Source of the DNA: Gnetum montanum
Lineage: Eukaryota > Plantae > Gnetophyta
Assembly: GCA_015680685.1 (NCBI GenBank)
Contig: MNCI01003377.1
Coordinates: 609,604-673,603 of the forward strand
DNA: 64,000 bases
Direction of reading: 5' to 3'
Under the pieces are notes generated by a model, which was given only the letters and a program-made list of their open reading frames with translations, did not search any database and was not told where the DNA came from. Position numbers and translations under genes: made by a program. This document shows, piece by piece, positions 1-12,699 of the stretch (its first letter is position 1; each line of letters starts with the position of its first letter).

Positions 1-1420
1 TTGGTGAAATTTCCTTGGGTTACCTTGGGGATAAGGTAATCGTCATGATGTTTGTCATTTGGTTAAACGTGGATTAAGTGCATACACCCTAGACTCTTGT
101 AAATGTGAGATTACAGGGCAACATCCCTTAGGATGCTCGTATTGATAGATCTCACATCCACTATCATTGTCCATATTTGAGTCCACAACCTCTTCAATAA
201 TAGCAACTTTACCCTTACCCTTGTTACGTGCATTTTCTGCTTCTCTCTTTTTCCTTTTGTCACGGTCACTACCTCACTCCCTAGACTCCTCTACTACTTT
301 GAGCACAGTTTGAAACCTACTATCTAGGGAGTCCCAAATTTGTTCTACCTTTGTTGATAGTTTGGATGCTAAATTTTGAATAGGCAAGGTTTTCCTATTC
401 ACCATCTCTTCGAGTGGTGACTCTTCCTCATCCTCACAAAATCTTACTCCCTTCTTTCAGAGGGAAGGATCTCAGTTGTATTCTTTCGCACTCTCTCTTT
501 TTCATAGCTCCCCTTCTTCTTTAGCTACTTGGTCCAATAGTTTGTGAATTTTATGGGACCTAAGCTCAAATAACCTTCCTTGGGCATAAGTCCCAAGGGT
601 CCTTCTTGTTTCATGCCTAAGCCCATCTACGAGATGGTGTAGTTGATCTCGCTGCGAATAACCATGGCTAGGACAACGATGTAAGAGTGCATAATATCAG
701 CCCATGGCAGCATCCAAGGGTTCATGATTTCCTTGTTTCCATCCTTGGATTTGCTTTCATAGGTTAGATACCTGGGAGTACGTTTGGTACTTATCGTTGA
801 ACAGTTCTAACATCGTACTCCACCTATGAATGGATTCCAGTTCTAAGGACCGGTACCAGCTTTCAGCTTCTTTTATTAGTGTTCATTGGGAACAACTTAA
901 GCTTTTTCCACTTATTTTCTATGTTTTGCAAGGCACACACATCATGAAATGCTTGTAAATGATTTTGAGGATCAACGTTATATCCCCCTTCAAGTCGTGG
1001 GATGTTATTCATGTCTAGCCTCTTGATCCTACTATCTTTTTGGTGCCTTGTTGGAACTCTCACGACCTCAGTTATATCTAGCATGCTTCATGTGCAAGTA
1101 GGGATTCATCATGATGATATTGTTTATAGCGTCTATGGTGTCTATGCTGTTCCCTACTCTCCCTTCTTCTATGGTGTGATTTCCTAGAGTGTCCTCGTCC
1201 TTTGTCTTGGTTGTCTCATCTATGACTTCCACTTTGTTTGCCCTTATCCACACAATTTGTTTCTCTATGACTACGTCTAGACATGGAAGGAGAGGGTGAA
1301 GGAGATGATGGGGATGAAGAAGAAGGAGAACCACCATCATGATGATGTCTACTACCTTCTCTTTGGTGGTCTCTCCCTCGATCGCGATTGCAATTTGAAT
1401 GCCCACCTTTGTCATGTGCC
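1..1420 (-). pseudogene. gag: Degenerate Athila-type gag
   Basis: ORF 863-1084 reads DPQNHLQAFHDVC...KLKLFP. A downstream frame reads RDQLHHLVDGLRHETRRTL...HKLLDQV. Frameshifts and stops; start is approximate. Confidence 0.75.
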
Positions 1421-2090
1421 CTTGTTCCTTTTTCAGACTCTTTGTGTCTGTTGGTATTAGCACTTGGGTTGTGAATAGTAGAATGAAGGTTCTAATACAC
1501 AACCCCTTGGCCAAAGTTATGGAGAGAAACATTGTTATGTGGTTTCACAACCCTCAATTTCACTTAAAATGTGTGGGGCATCCTTAGACCATTTTTCCTT
1601 TAAGGAATTATGGTGTCTCTCCTATTGCATGTCCCTTTGACATTGCACTTTGGTGGGATGATAGTCTCTTGAATCATAGTCTTGCGCAATGTATACTACA
1701 TGTAAGTGTTGCATGCCTTTCATGTGAGAGCATGAAGAAGCATACTTGGGACTGAATGGTCGGGAGGTAACACTATGTTACCTTCCAAGTCACGCCAACA
1801 TAGCTGTTCGTCTTGGTGGAGAATAAAGGTGAAGTCAAGTACATATTCATCAGGGTGAATATATACCACACAAAACTGTTGAGGAACTAGAGGATCAATG
1901 TCACGTGTAACTTGCTATCGATTGCTTCTTGTGTTAGTCCTAGGTGGTGAAGTGCTTTTGTGCGAAGAAGAAGACATTTTGTCTTGTTCAGTGTGCAATG
2001 TGCTATTATCTTTTTCTTAACCAATCCTAAGGGTTCGTTCCAACGATGTGAATGATTTCCTAAGTTCTACTTAGTGCACAAACAACTAAG

Positions 2091-2108
2091 TCCCCGACAA
2101 CGGCGACA
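2091..2108 (-). promoter_or_regulatory. Primer binding site, tRNA-Asp type
   Basis: Minus strand TGTCGCCGTTGTCGGGGA versus canonical Athila TGGCGCCGTTGCCGGGGA, 1 nt from the LTR end. Confidence 0.85.
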
Positions 2109-2109
2109 A

Positions 2110-2916
2110 TGATGAGCGGCTAGGTACCCCTATGCTCAACCATACGAATACGAGCATTCATGCACGGTTTGGTCAAATTCCAAGGACTAAGTGCCTATGC
2201 ACTTGTGTGGAACAATAACAGGTTGATTAATCATTGTCTTCCCAAGCTTACTTGTATGTCACGGTTGTATGGTTAAGTAAGCTTGAGGCATATGATTTTT
2301 ATGGCTTTTATGTGTTTTATATCCTACTCTAATAAGGAGGAGAGAGAGGAATAACTAAGTAACTGATCTAATTTAACTATTCATTAACTAAGTTCTAAGT
2401 ACTCCTAATACTAGTATCCGTTCCCACTTTTTGTACACATCTTGAACCAGTGCAATGCTGCTAGGGTTACCAAACGCTAATCGTTACTAGGTTACTGAGC
2501 ACTACACGCATGCTCAAAGCAGTTGTACTAAGTGTATTTAACTAAGAGAGCTGTAGGGTGAGAGAAATCATTAATTAACTATGAAATAATTAAATAATAA
2601 TTAACACTAATTAATCTATTCTACATGCTGCAAGGTTTATCATAAAGTTCATCTTTATTGTCGTACACAAAGTGTGCTTAGGTACACAATGCTCAAATAA
2701 AGATCTATTCACTCTATGACTCCTACTGCGGGCACATAGAAATAATACTAACTTTGGAGGGAGAAAATGGTAAGAGTTTGGCTAAGGGACTAACTTCTAA
2801 TTGTGGAAACCAAGGGTGCTTCCTCTTATTTATAGACAAGGAGATGAGATGCGATATTGGGTATCCAACATTGAATGATTGATCTGATATCGTGGACGTG
2901 ATATCATGGTTCATCA
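2110..2916 (-). repeat. 5' LTR of the Athila-like element
   Basis: 6-bp terminal inverted repeat TGATGA/TCATCA, PBS on its left, abrupt switch to integrase sequence on its right. Confidence 0.75.
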
Positions 2917-4120
2917 ATATGCATCTAAACTATAAGAAGATACACCAAAGCCTTTGATGCATCTATTGGTGGCCTAATATGAAGAGTGAGGTTGATGATT
3001 ATGTTTATTATTATCTAGTATGCTAGTAGGTAACGATTAGTCCTTACACTCCCATAATATATTATTATGGAAGTGAAAGATTGTTGGGATAGATTTCATT
3101 GTTGGTTTTCTTTGCACTCATAGAGGCCATGATGCCATTTATGTGATTGTAGACTCAACAAAGTCTATGTATTTTTTCGCTACCAATGCCATAATGAGTG
3201 TATGGGAGATAGCAAAATATATATTGAAGAGATAGTATGTTTGTATAATATTCCATAGAAGATCATTAGTAACAAGGATGTCAGATTTGTATTCAAGTTT
3301 CGGAGAGAATTTTAAAGAGATATAGACATGCAATTTAACTTAAGCTTAGTATATTATTCATAGTCTAATGGGTGGATGGAGTAGGTAAAATAGATCTTTG
3401 AGGATATGTTGCAAGTGTATGCCCTACAATATGAAAATAATTTAGATTGGATGTTACCTATTGTAGAGTTTGCTTAGAATAACAACTACTAGAAGAGTTT
3501 GTGTGTAACTCGATATGAGGTGTTATATGGTAGGTGATGCAAGACTTCATTATGTTGGAATACCATTAAGAATAGGCCTTATGTAAGCATAAATTTAATA
3601 TTATAGACCAAAAAGTATATTTGAATGATATATGATTGGTCAAGAACTACTTAGGATTGATAGGAAGACTGAAAATTGGCATAGAGGAGCATTAGAGTTT
3701 GCTGTTGTTAATCATGTGTTTTTGTAGGTATTATTCCTAATGGGCTAGATGCAGTTTGGTTGGAAGAAAAAGTTAACATCTAGATACATTGAGTTATTTG
3801 AGATTTTGGAGAGGATTAGTAGGATGTCTTATAGATTAGCATTACCACCTTTTTTTGGCAAGGGTCCATCATGTTTTTCATGTATTCATGTTGAGGAGAT
3901 ATATATCAAATAAGTAGTAGGTGATTGATTAGTCAAGTGTACAATTAGAGCTCAATGTCAGCTATGTAGAGTAGCCAGTTTAGATTGTTGACAATATAGT
4001 CTAGTAGCTTCATAGTATGATAATGCCTATGATAAAGATGTTGTGGAACAAACTGATTTTTAAGAGGGCACATAAGTGGTAGAGAGAGACATGTAAGCTA
4101 GGTATCTATAAATATTTTAG
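2917..4120 (+). pseudogene. pol: Tekay/Del-like integrase plus chromodomain remnant
   Basis: YWWPNMKSEV, IDFIVGF..THRGHDAIYVIVD, KKLTSRYIELFEILERI..SYRLALPP..VHHVFHV (GPY/F region), then YVE*PV*IVD..IKMLW chromodomain-like end. Many stops. Confidence 0.9.
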
Positions 4121-4146
4121 AAAGAAAATTCTCAAGTAGAGAAGAG
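4121..4146 (+). promoter_or_regulatory. Polypurine tract region of the Tekay-like element
   Basis: AAAGAAAATTCTCAAGTAGAGAAGAG followed by TATCACCCC, a degenerate TGT.ACACCC LTR start. Confidence 0.65.
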
Positions 4147-4905
4147 TATCACCCCTCACTCTAGGACCCCTTGGTATTATGTTATGTTTACTATGAGTGC
4201 TCCTAGACTTGATTGGGACCATGGGAGGTATAGTTAGTTATGATATTTTGATAATGTATTTTATGAGATCTAATGATATTATGATTATTATTATGGTTCA
4301 CCATGATTCTGTACACTTATCTTGCTAGATGTGTAGCATGATGTTTATGGCTAGTAGGCGATGAGGATTGTAGAGGAAGATTGAGCATCCATATGTATCA
4401 TCTCAATCCAGTTGTTATTGTACATTTATGGTGATGATATAAGTGTTATTTGAAAGTCATGTTATGATGAATGTGATGTTATGGTGCATGCTAGAGTCAT
4501 AGGACTAATTGGCATATTTCATGATACATGTATGGTTTCTTGGATAAGTTGTAGATTAGATATGATGTCTATAGTTTCAATTAGTATTTTTATTGGATGC
4601 TTTGTGAGTGAGTTATAAATTTTGAATTCCTTGGTATTAGTTTAGATGAGAAAATTAAGTGAGACACTTATGAAAATGCAAATCATAGATAAAATTAATT
4701 TATATTTTCTTTATATAATTCAAACATATTATCATTTCCATCATTTCTTCTCTTGATCATTCTAATTCCTTGGTTTCTATGATTTCTATTAAATCCTTCT
4801 TTCCTTTTGTTCTTCTCTAATTCTAAGTAGATTTCTGTGACTTTTAGGACATTGGAAAGTTGGTAGCAGACATGCTATGATTTAAGAGTCTTGGTTGATG
4901 TTTTT

Positions 4906-6520
4906 TTTCAGGGTAGACATAATGATAGGATTTTGGAAGAAGTTGGTAAGAGGTACTAGATCAATCTACAAGAATCATTAAAAAATCAAGTCGAAACATA
5001 TTGTTGGATAATGCTAGAATTGGTGGATTTTATCATTAGATATTATAGCTGTCTACAACCTATGAGATGATGAGAATACGTTTATTTCTGAACTCTTCAC
5101 TTGACATCATTTTGGGTGATTGTAATTAACCTCTTCTTATCATGTTTCATTGCACAATCGATTGGAATCAATATGCCTATCCTGCTTAAGAAAAATTAAA
5201 CATATTACATCACATTTATTGAATGGTAATATGTGACATAGTTATAATCCATTGCTAGTAGTTGCTAGAGCATAGCTTTAGTAATGAACCTCAGGTTCTT
5301 GAAAAATTTTGCAGGTCTATATCATCTAATATCACTAGGGGTGATAGAAATAAATATCCTAATATTTGCATAAAATGCCTTCAAATAAATGCAATCTTTG
5401 AATATATTTAACTCCATATGGGTTCAATTAAATAAGGATGACTTAAATTTGTGACAAAGTCTTAGACGTAGTGTCATGCAAGGAAAATGTAAGGAACTTT
5501 AAGTGAAAAACATTGATCATGACTTCATGAAAGAGGGGTAGGAAATATGATAAGAAATTCATCATGCCTTGGACATGAAAATATGAATCAATGTACCAAG
5601 ATCTACATCATATATCTTCTAAACATTAGAGGATAAATAATTCTTTTGATAAGAGGTTGAATTGAAGATTAGTTTTCATGATTACATGACAATATAAATA
5701 GGGCTTTTTCATGAACAAAAATTCCTATACTTGTCATCATAATTACTAAACAAAATTGGCCTCATCTTCCTACAAAATACCTCCACTGTGCTAGATCTAC
5801 TTGATAGAGAACAAATCATAATAAAATCGATGAATCAAAGTGGCTTTGGAGCATACATGTATTTCATCAAACATTTGTAAATAGAACATTCATGATCTAG
5901 ATTTGAAAAAAAAAAACATAAACATAGACATGCAATGAAATAAAATTTAGTTTCACTTGGGATGCATAAGATGGACTTCTTGATCTTTTAAAACTTGGCT
6001 AATTATGATAATTGTTAGAAGGGTTTGTAAGGTTTGTGAGAAAAAAATATGAGAATTTGTGAGAAAAAATTATGAAAAACTTATGAGAAATATAATTACA
6101 AGATATTGTTATAAGAATGTGAGAAATTTGGAGCTCTTTGAAACTAGAAACTATGGTAGCCACTCAAAAAGAAAAAAATATAGAGCAAAAGAGAAGAAAA
6201 AATAACTTAACTCCATTCATCTTGATATTGTCATTACTTCATTCATGTTACAATGAGGCTTATGGCCACCTTTTATAGCTCAAGAACTAGAGTGGATTTG
6301 GGGTTCCTCTTCATGTAGAACTAAATCTTCTTCTTTTGTATTTTTATATTTTATCTCATCTTATGCATAAACCATGCTTTCCTAAGCTACTATTTTTCTT
6401 TGGATTTCCAAGCTTCTTTTAATTAATGAATTTTTAACATGAGACTTTCAATAATCTAGATAATCACAAATAGGAAAAGAAAATAAAAATAAAGTTAGAA
6501 CATTTCCTAAAAACATGACA
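4906..6520 (-). repeat. 3' LTR of the LARD-like element
   Basis: Colinear with 7549-9069 and bordered by PPT ATTGAGGGAGAGAT on the minus strand. Left boundary approximate. Confidence 0.8.
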
Positions 6521-7534
6521 ATCTCTCCCTCAATGGCAAAAATTTGGCTTTGGATTGATGTTCCTTGAATTGATGATGCTTTTTAATTGCTCTTTTTGAT
6601 ATCCTTTTTTTCTTCTTAATTCTTGTTGATCTTGTCTTATTGTCTTCATTCTTGAATTTTCTTTGACACGTTACTTTAATATTCTTTCTTCTTCTTGAAT
6701 TGTGTGAGAGAAATTGTGTAGCACTCTTTCAAAATTTTATTCTTTGATTAAGTTCTTGGGGAAGTTCTTAATCTTGATTAGATTGGATTTAAATTTGCTC
6801 TTCCATGATGGACTTTGATATACTATACCTTTAATTCTTGATTTGAGACTTACTTCTTTACATTGAGATATTTGCTTCTTGATCTTGAGGTTCTTTCATT
6901 GATTTTTGAGATATAATTGAATCCTTTAGTATTTCCTTGACATCCTTAGCTTAATGTTCTTCATTATCATTTTACCTTTATTTTTTGAAAGGAAATTATG
7001 AGAAATTAGTGGCTATTATTAAGCTACATGAGGTCTCTTAGGTTTGTTCAAGCGTCATGGGCCTTGACCATCTTTTGGATCATTCTATGTCTCTTGTGGA
7101 TTTACAACAATGAGGGTCTCTTTGAGTCATCAACATGCACCTTAGACTTACAATTAATACATGGGCTACAAACATTGTGAGAATGTAAGAAACTTCATCT
7201 TTAAATGCCTATAAAGGACATGAAATAGAGGCATTGGGGCCATCTCTTGACAAATTTTTCATGGCTTATAAAAATGAATAAAACCAAAGAATTTTTTCTC
7301 CACAATAAGACTATAATGAACACATCATTTAAGAGGAATAAAGATGATGAGAAATCCCTCCTTCAAGATTAATGCCCTAACATTTAATAATAATGCCTCA
7401 TACAAATATTTAGGAATTTCCCCAACTAATATGCCTCATAAAATTACTTCAAAAATAGTTATGCTTCCTTCTACATATTTCCTCTAATTACCATTATATC
7501 ATCTTAATCAAATATTTTAAAAAAAACCATCAAT

Positions 7535-7546
7535 GCTTTGATACCA
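7535..7546 (-). promoter_or_regulatory. PBS, tRNA-iMet type
   Basis: Minus strand TGGTATCAAAGC, 2 nt from the LTR. Confidence 0.85.
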
Positions 7547-7548
7547 CT

Positions 7549-9069
7549 TATCATAGTGAAAAAAATGTAAGGGCTTTGGAGGAAAGTGGTGAGTGGCCCT
7601 AGATCAATTTGCAGAAATCATTAGAAAAAATCAAGTCCATAGATATTACTGGACATTACTAGAATAAGTTTTTCTTTATTTCTTAATATCATGGCTATCT
7701 ACAAGTCACATGATGTTGGTAATCCTTCTATTTCTAGAGTTATCATCTCACATGGGTAAGTGTGACTAAAATCAACCTTTTCTTATTATGTTTCATCACA
7801 TTGATGATTGGGATCAATGTGCATGCCCTAATTAAAAAAATTTTACATATCAAACCACATTGATTGGATGACTACTAGAAGTCATTGGAGTGATAGCTTC
7901 TATGATGAGCCTTGGGTTTTTTAAAAAACATTTGTAGGCCTATATTTTTTGATCTCACTAGAGGTGATAGAAATCAATATCCTATGATATTCATCAACAT
8001 GTTTGTAAATACACATGATATTTGAATACATTTAAACATCATATGGGCTAAATTAAATGAGGATGAGTAAGATCTATGATAGAGGCTCAGAAAAAATGTC
8101 ATGAAAGGATGATTTAAATAATTTTAAATCAAACAAATCAATCATGTTTGCATGAAAAAGGGAAAATAATATGATAAGAAATTCATTATGGCTTGGTTAT
8201 AAAAACGTGAATTAAAGTGTCCAAATATAAAATTTAGGCTAAACAACTATTGGGATAGGAGGCTGAATTAAACATCAGCTTTCATTATTACATAACAAGA
8301 TAAATAGTTCTTTTCATGAACAAAAAGGTCCTTGATTATCATCATAATTTCTAAACAAAATTGGCCTCATATTACTATAAAAAAGCTTTATAATGCTAGA
8401 TCTACTTGGAGAAAAAGGCATAATAAAACTCCTAAATCAAAGTGGCTTAAAAGCCTACATGCATTTCATCAAATACTTGTAAATAAAACATTCATCATCT
8501 AGATTGAGGAAAAAACATAAACATAGATATGTAATGAAATAAATTTTAGCACAACTTGGGTTACATAAGATGGTCTTCTTGATCTTAAAAAATTTTACTA
8601 ATTATGAGAAGTGTTTATAAGATTTGTAAGAAAACATTCTGAGAATTTATAATAAACTTTCAAAAAAATATAATGATAATGGGCATACAATTTGTGAGAA
8701 AGAAATTTTCATAAGAATTTGAGAAATTACAATCTATTTAAAACTAGTAATTCACTCTATCCATCTTGGCATTATCATTACTTCATTGATGTTAAAATGT
8801 GACTCATGGCCTTTTTTATAGCTTGAGAAGTGGAGAGGATTTGGAGTTCCTCTTCATGTGGGACTTACTCTTCTTCTTTTTCTTTCTTTTCTTTTATCTC
8901 CTTTTATGCATAAACTATGCTTTCCTAATTTTTTATAGTTATTTTTATTTGGCTTTCTATCCTTCTTTTAATACATAACTTTTGAACATAAGAATTCTAA
9001 TCATCTACATACCTTAAAACATGAAAAATAACAAATATAAAGTTTGAGAATTATCTAAAACTCATGACA
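7549..9069 (-). repeat. 5' LTR of the LARD-like element
   Basis: TATCAT...ATGACA termini; homologous to 4906-6520. Confidence 0.8.
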
Positions 9070-9972
9070 TTCTGATGCATTGAGAATGCCATTTTGAACA
9101 TTTAGTACTTTAGTTTTGGGATTTCCATTTTGGCATACTCAAGGTTTCCGGTGAGTAATCTTTATTATTTCATGTTTTGGCATTATGATTTTTGTGCATA
9201 TTTATGAGGGTTACAATGATGGACTGATTAGGTATTTATGTGTGAATGTTCCTAGGTGAAAGTCAAAATTGGTAGAATGATTATGTGTTGGATTTCTAGT
9301 GGTTGTGGATTTCACAATTTAGATTGAGGATTATTAGAAATTTGACTATGAAACTTCTAGGAAACATAGGGATTGATTGTTAAGCTCTAGAAGTACATGA
9401 GAGTGTATCAATTATGTTAATTTCTAGTGGAATTTAAGCATAGAAGGATTGCAAAGATGTGAGCCCCTCTTTCATTTCTCTATCAATAATTTTTATTATG
9501 AAACACAAGGATTTACTAATTTTCAATCAATTGGCATGAAAGTTATGGCTAATTATTATGATGATAAGAGTCATAGCATTCTTAAAACATAAGGTTTTAA
9601 TGGAAATTGGTCAATATTATGGATTGTGACCTACATGCATATAAGTCATGGTACATCCACATTACAATTGCTATAGCCTTCTCAAGAATTTTTTTTAGCA
9701 TTTTACAATAGTAGCTTAGTTGCAGTGCACTTGCCATAATCCTATTGATAAGTGTGGATCACATCTAAGACACCATAGTATTTCAATGTCTTTGATCTTG
9801 ATATTTGGTAATTTTTCCATTCACAAGATGAGTGCCAACAAGGTAGCAACTAGCTTGTAATGCATGGAGCAAGGATAGTGCAAGCTACACAAGGGAATTG
9901 GGTAGTGTGAGAGATGTGCAGGTAGTGCTTAGGTCATGTTGAGGTTAACATACAAGGATAGCCTTAGCTAAA

Positions 9973-10888
9973 TGGAGGAGGTTCACTCCAATAATCACCT
10001 TCTAATACTAAATCTAGATATTATCTAAAGATAATAAATTTTGCTAGAAAATAAAAAACCAGCTATCTTTAATTATTTAATTAGAGAATTAAAATAGGAT
10101 TTTCAAAACCCATAAACATCCAAAGATACTAAGATGTATTGTAGATCATGAGGCTATACAACCATATGATGGTGGTTCTCAATGTAAGACACAACCAATA
10201 GAAAAATCTCTTTCATAATCCTAGATTAAGATTCGGTATAAAGAAGTAAATAAGAGATAAGAACACATAGGCCAATCCACACATATTGATTCTAGAGCTA
10301 AAACCATGCCTGAACTGACTCAATGTGCTTTATTACACTCTTGCAAAGCCTTGCTTAACTCAATAGCTCTCACCAAGACTTCTTTTTCATACTCTCTATT
10401 TGTCAATAAACATAAAAAATCAATAAAATTATTAAGAAAATAAGATAAAAACCTAGAAGAACCTTTCACAAGCTCAACTTGGAGTTTTTATGTTATTTCT
10501 ATTTTTTCTTCCATCTCCTAGTTATTTTCCAACTTGGAACAACCAAATTTAGAAATTTTCTGATTGCACAGGTCATCTATGATCTCCTCAATTTTTCTGC
10601 TATCAATTCCACACCATTGGCCAAGATGTCTAGTGTTTTTAGGAGACATCTTCTGGGTAAGAAATCTTTACTATTGGCAAGATGTCTTCCCTAAGACATC
10701 TCCTTTGCATGCAATTCATCTCATATAGTTCCAAGATGTCTCCTGCTAGTCTAAAGATGTCATTTGCAAAGACTTCATTCCTAGCCAAGATGTTTCACTA
10801 ACCTTAGAGATGTCTCCACAGGGCTTGAATCCTAAAAAACACATACTTAGGGAAGAACAAGGGCATTGGAAGAGGTGTCCATATACTA
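9973..10888 (-). repeat. 3' LTR of the CRM-like element
   Basis: Shares GGTTCACTCCAATAATCACCTTC and downstream sequence with 14431-15392. Confidence 0.85.
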
Positions 10889-10949
10889 GTTCTCTCATCC
10901 TTCAAAAAGTGAACTCACGTGAACAAAGAAGTAGGGGTTGAAGTGATCC

Positions 10950-11540
10950 CACACTCATGCAGTCTACAGACTGATCCTCTCAATGGATAAAATAGTTATG
11001 CCTCTTGACTCCTTAAGTGCTAGAATCTTCCCTCCACTTGAGTATGATTTCCTTCCTCTCCATTAAAGGCTTGGACTAATTAATAGTCCCCTTCAACTCA
11101 TTGATGCTACACTATATAATCCCCTCATCAACTAGTCCATGATAGTACTTAAGATCTAAAACATTAAACATAAAATACATACTAATATTGTTTGGTAAAT
11201 CAATCTTAAAATAATTATCATTGATCTTAGCCTTGATTTTTAAAGGCCCCATCTTTTTGACTTTCAATTTAAAGAAGTTAACTCCTCTTAACTACTACTT
11301 CAAGTGCATCCAAACAAAGTCATCAATAGCAAAATTTGACTTTTGTTTATCCTCATTCCTCTTGAGGACTCTCTCTTTAGTCTTCTTTTAACATTTTATT
11401 TCCCTTGTAAATGAAGATCCCTCATCTTTTGCACAAAATCAACACTAACTTGAGCTTCACCATAAAAAATATTCAAAGTGTTTATCAGTTTTTGAACAAA
11501 ACCCATAGTTCAGCTCAAATGGTCTTTTTTAAATGCAATC
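10950..11540 (-). pseudogene. pol: Integrase C-terminus (GPY/F) and possible chromodomain remnant
   Basis: RPFELNYGF...NFAIDDFVWMHL...KKMGPLKIKAKINDNYFKIDLPNNISMYFMFNVLDLKYY. Confidence 0.8.
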
Positions 11541-12699
11541 TAATTCATCACTATTAATGTTTACATCAACATTAATAATGATCTTCTCATAATGACTACT
11601 ACTATAAACATCATCATAAAAAAAATACCATCATTAGTCTTTCTCTTACCAACAATGACATCAAAAGTTACATTTCTTTCATCATGCACAACATAACTTA
11701 GAACTTTATCAAAATTACCATAATGATCATGATGCTCATCATCATAATGGAACAAACCACTACCTAGCTAAAGTAAAAAACTAAAATCCATCCTACTAGC
11801 TTTGACATAAGAGATATTACTATCATTGACATGGAAAAGTTCACACTTACTCATCTTTTCATGGCTCATCCCATCCATCTTTGATTCAACTTGATCTTCT
11901 AAATGTGGCTGTCTAATCTTATCAAAGCTTAAAGCTTCAAGATTTCAAATAGAAGTCTCCAATTTGGTTTCTCCTCTACAAATGAATTACTAATAACTTC
12001 TTTAACCCACTTTGGATGTACCAACTTAAAAGATAGATTATCCTCCATGGCTTTAGCATTAGATTTATTATTAAAGTAATCATTTTTCCACATTCCTTGG
12101 TGAGAATACTCACTACAATCCCATGAGATAGCCTTAACTTGGTAAAGGATCTTATTTCCCTTGCCATAAGATATAGAAAAATTGCACAAAGAATGAGTAT
12201 CATACCATCTAGTGATGGACTTGATCCTTCTTAATGAAGTTCCTTTATCTTTGCTACTTCCTTGGGCCTTGATCTTTCACCTCCCATAACTTATGAGGTA
12301 GAAACTCTCCTTGATCAGTAACATACACCATCTTGAACTATGAAGATATCTTGGTCCCTTTGATGAAGCTCTTGCTTCACTCTTTTGAAACTTTTGAGTA
12401 TTAAGTACTTCTTTGTTCAATAAGAGATACTTGAAAACTTCTTTTCTCATTTATTTCTACTTCACTAGATCTTTAATCTTCCTCCTTGAACACCTTGAAA
12501 AATTTCTCTTTCCACCCTAGCACACTTGTATGAAGTTCAACTTGCACATCATCATGGTTAGTGGTAACTATGGTCATAACAATAAAAAAGAACTTGTTTC
12601 ATCATGTTTCTTAATATATTCACTCTATCTTAGAAGGATTAAGGAATAAGTGAGCTTTGCTATCTCAATTATTTAGCTATTATTGGAATAAACTCATGG

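Larger units (their letters stand above)
1..2916 (-). mobile_element. Athila-like Ty3/Gypsy LTR retrotransposon, 5' part (LTR, PBS, UTR, gag); continues off the left edge
   Basis: LTR TGATGA...TCATCA at 2110-2916, adjacent tRNA-Asp-type PBS, and gag motifs on the minus strand. It interrupts a Tekay-like integrase. Confidence 0.85.
4906..9069 (-). mobile_element. Non-autonomous LTR retrotransposon (LARD-like) with ~1.5-1.6 kb LTRs and ~1 kb internal region
   Basis: Diverged direct repeats 4906-6520 and 7549-9069 both end CATGACA. PBS-Met at 7535-7546 and PPT at 6521-6532. No clear protein domain; TSD not convincing. Confidence 0.8.

Noticed and set aside
1068-1532. 154-aa ORF with a His/Leu run
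   Set aside because: Off-frame reading of the low-complexity Athila gag N-terminus and UTR.
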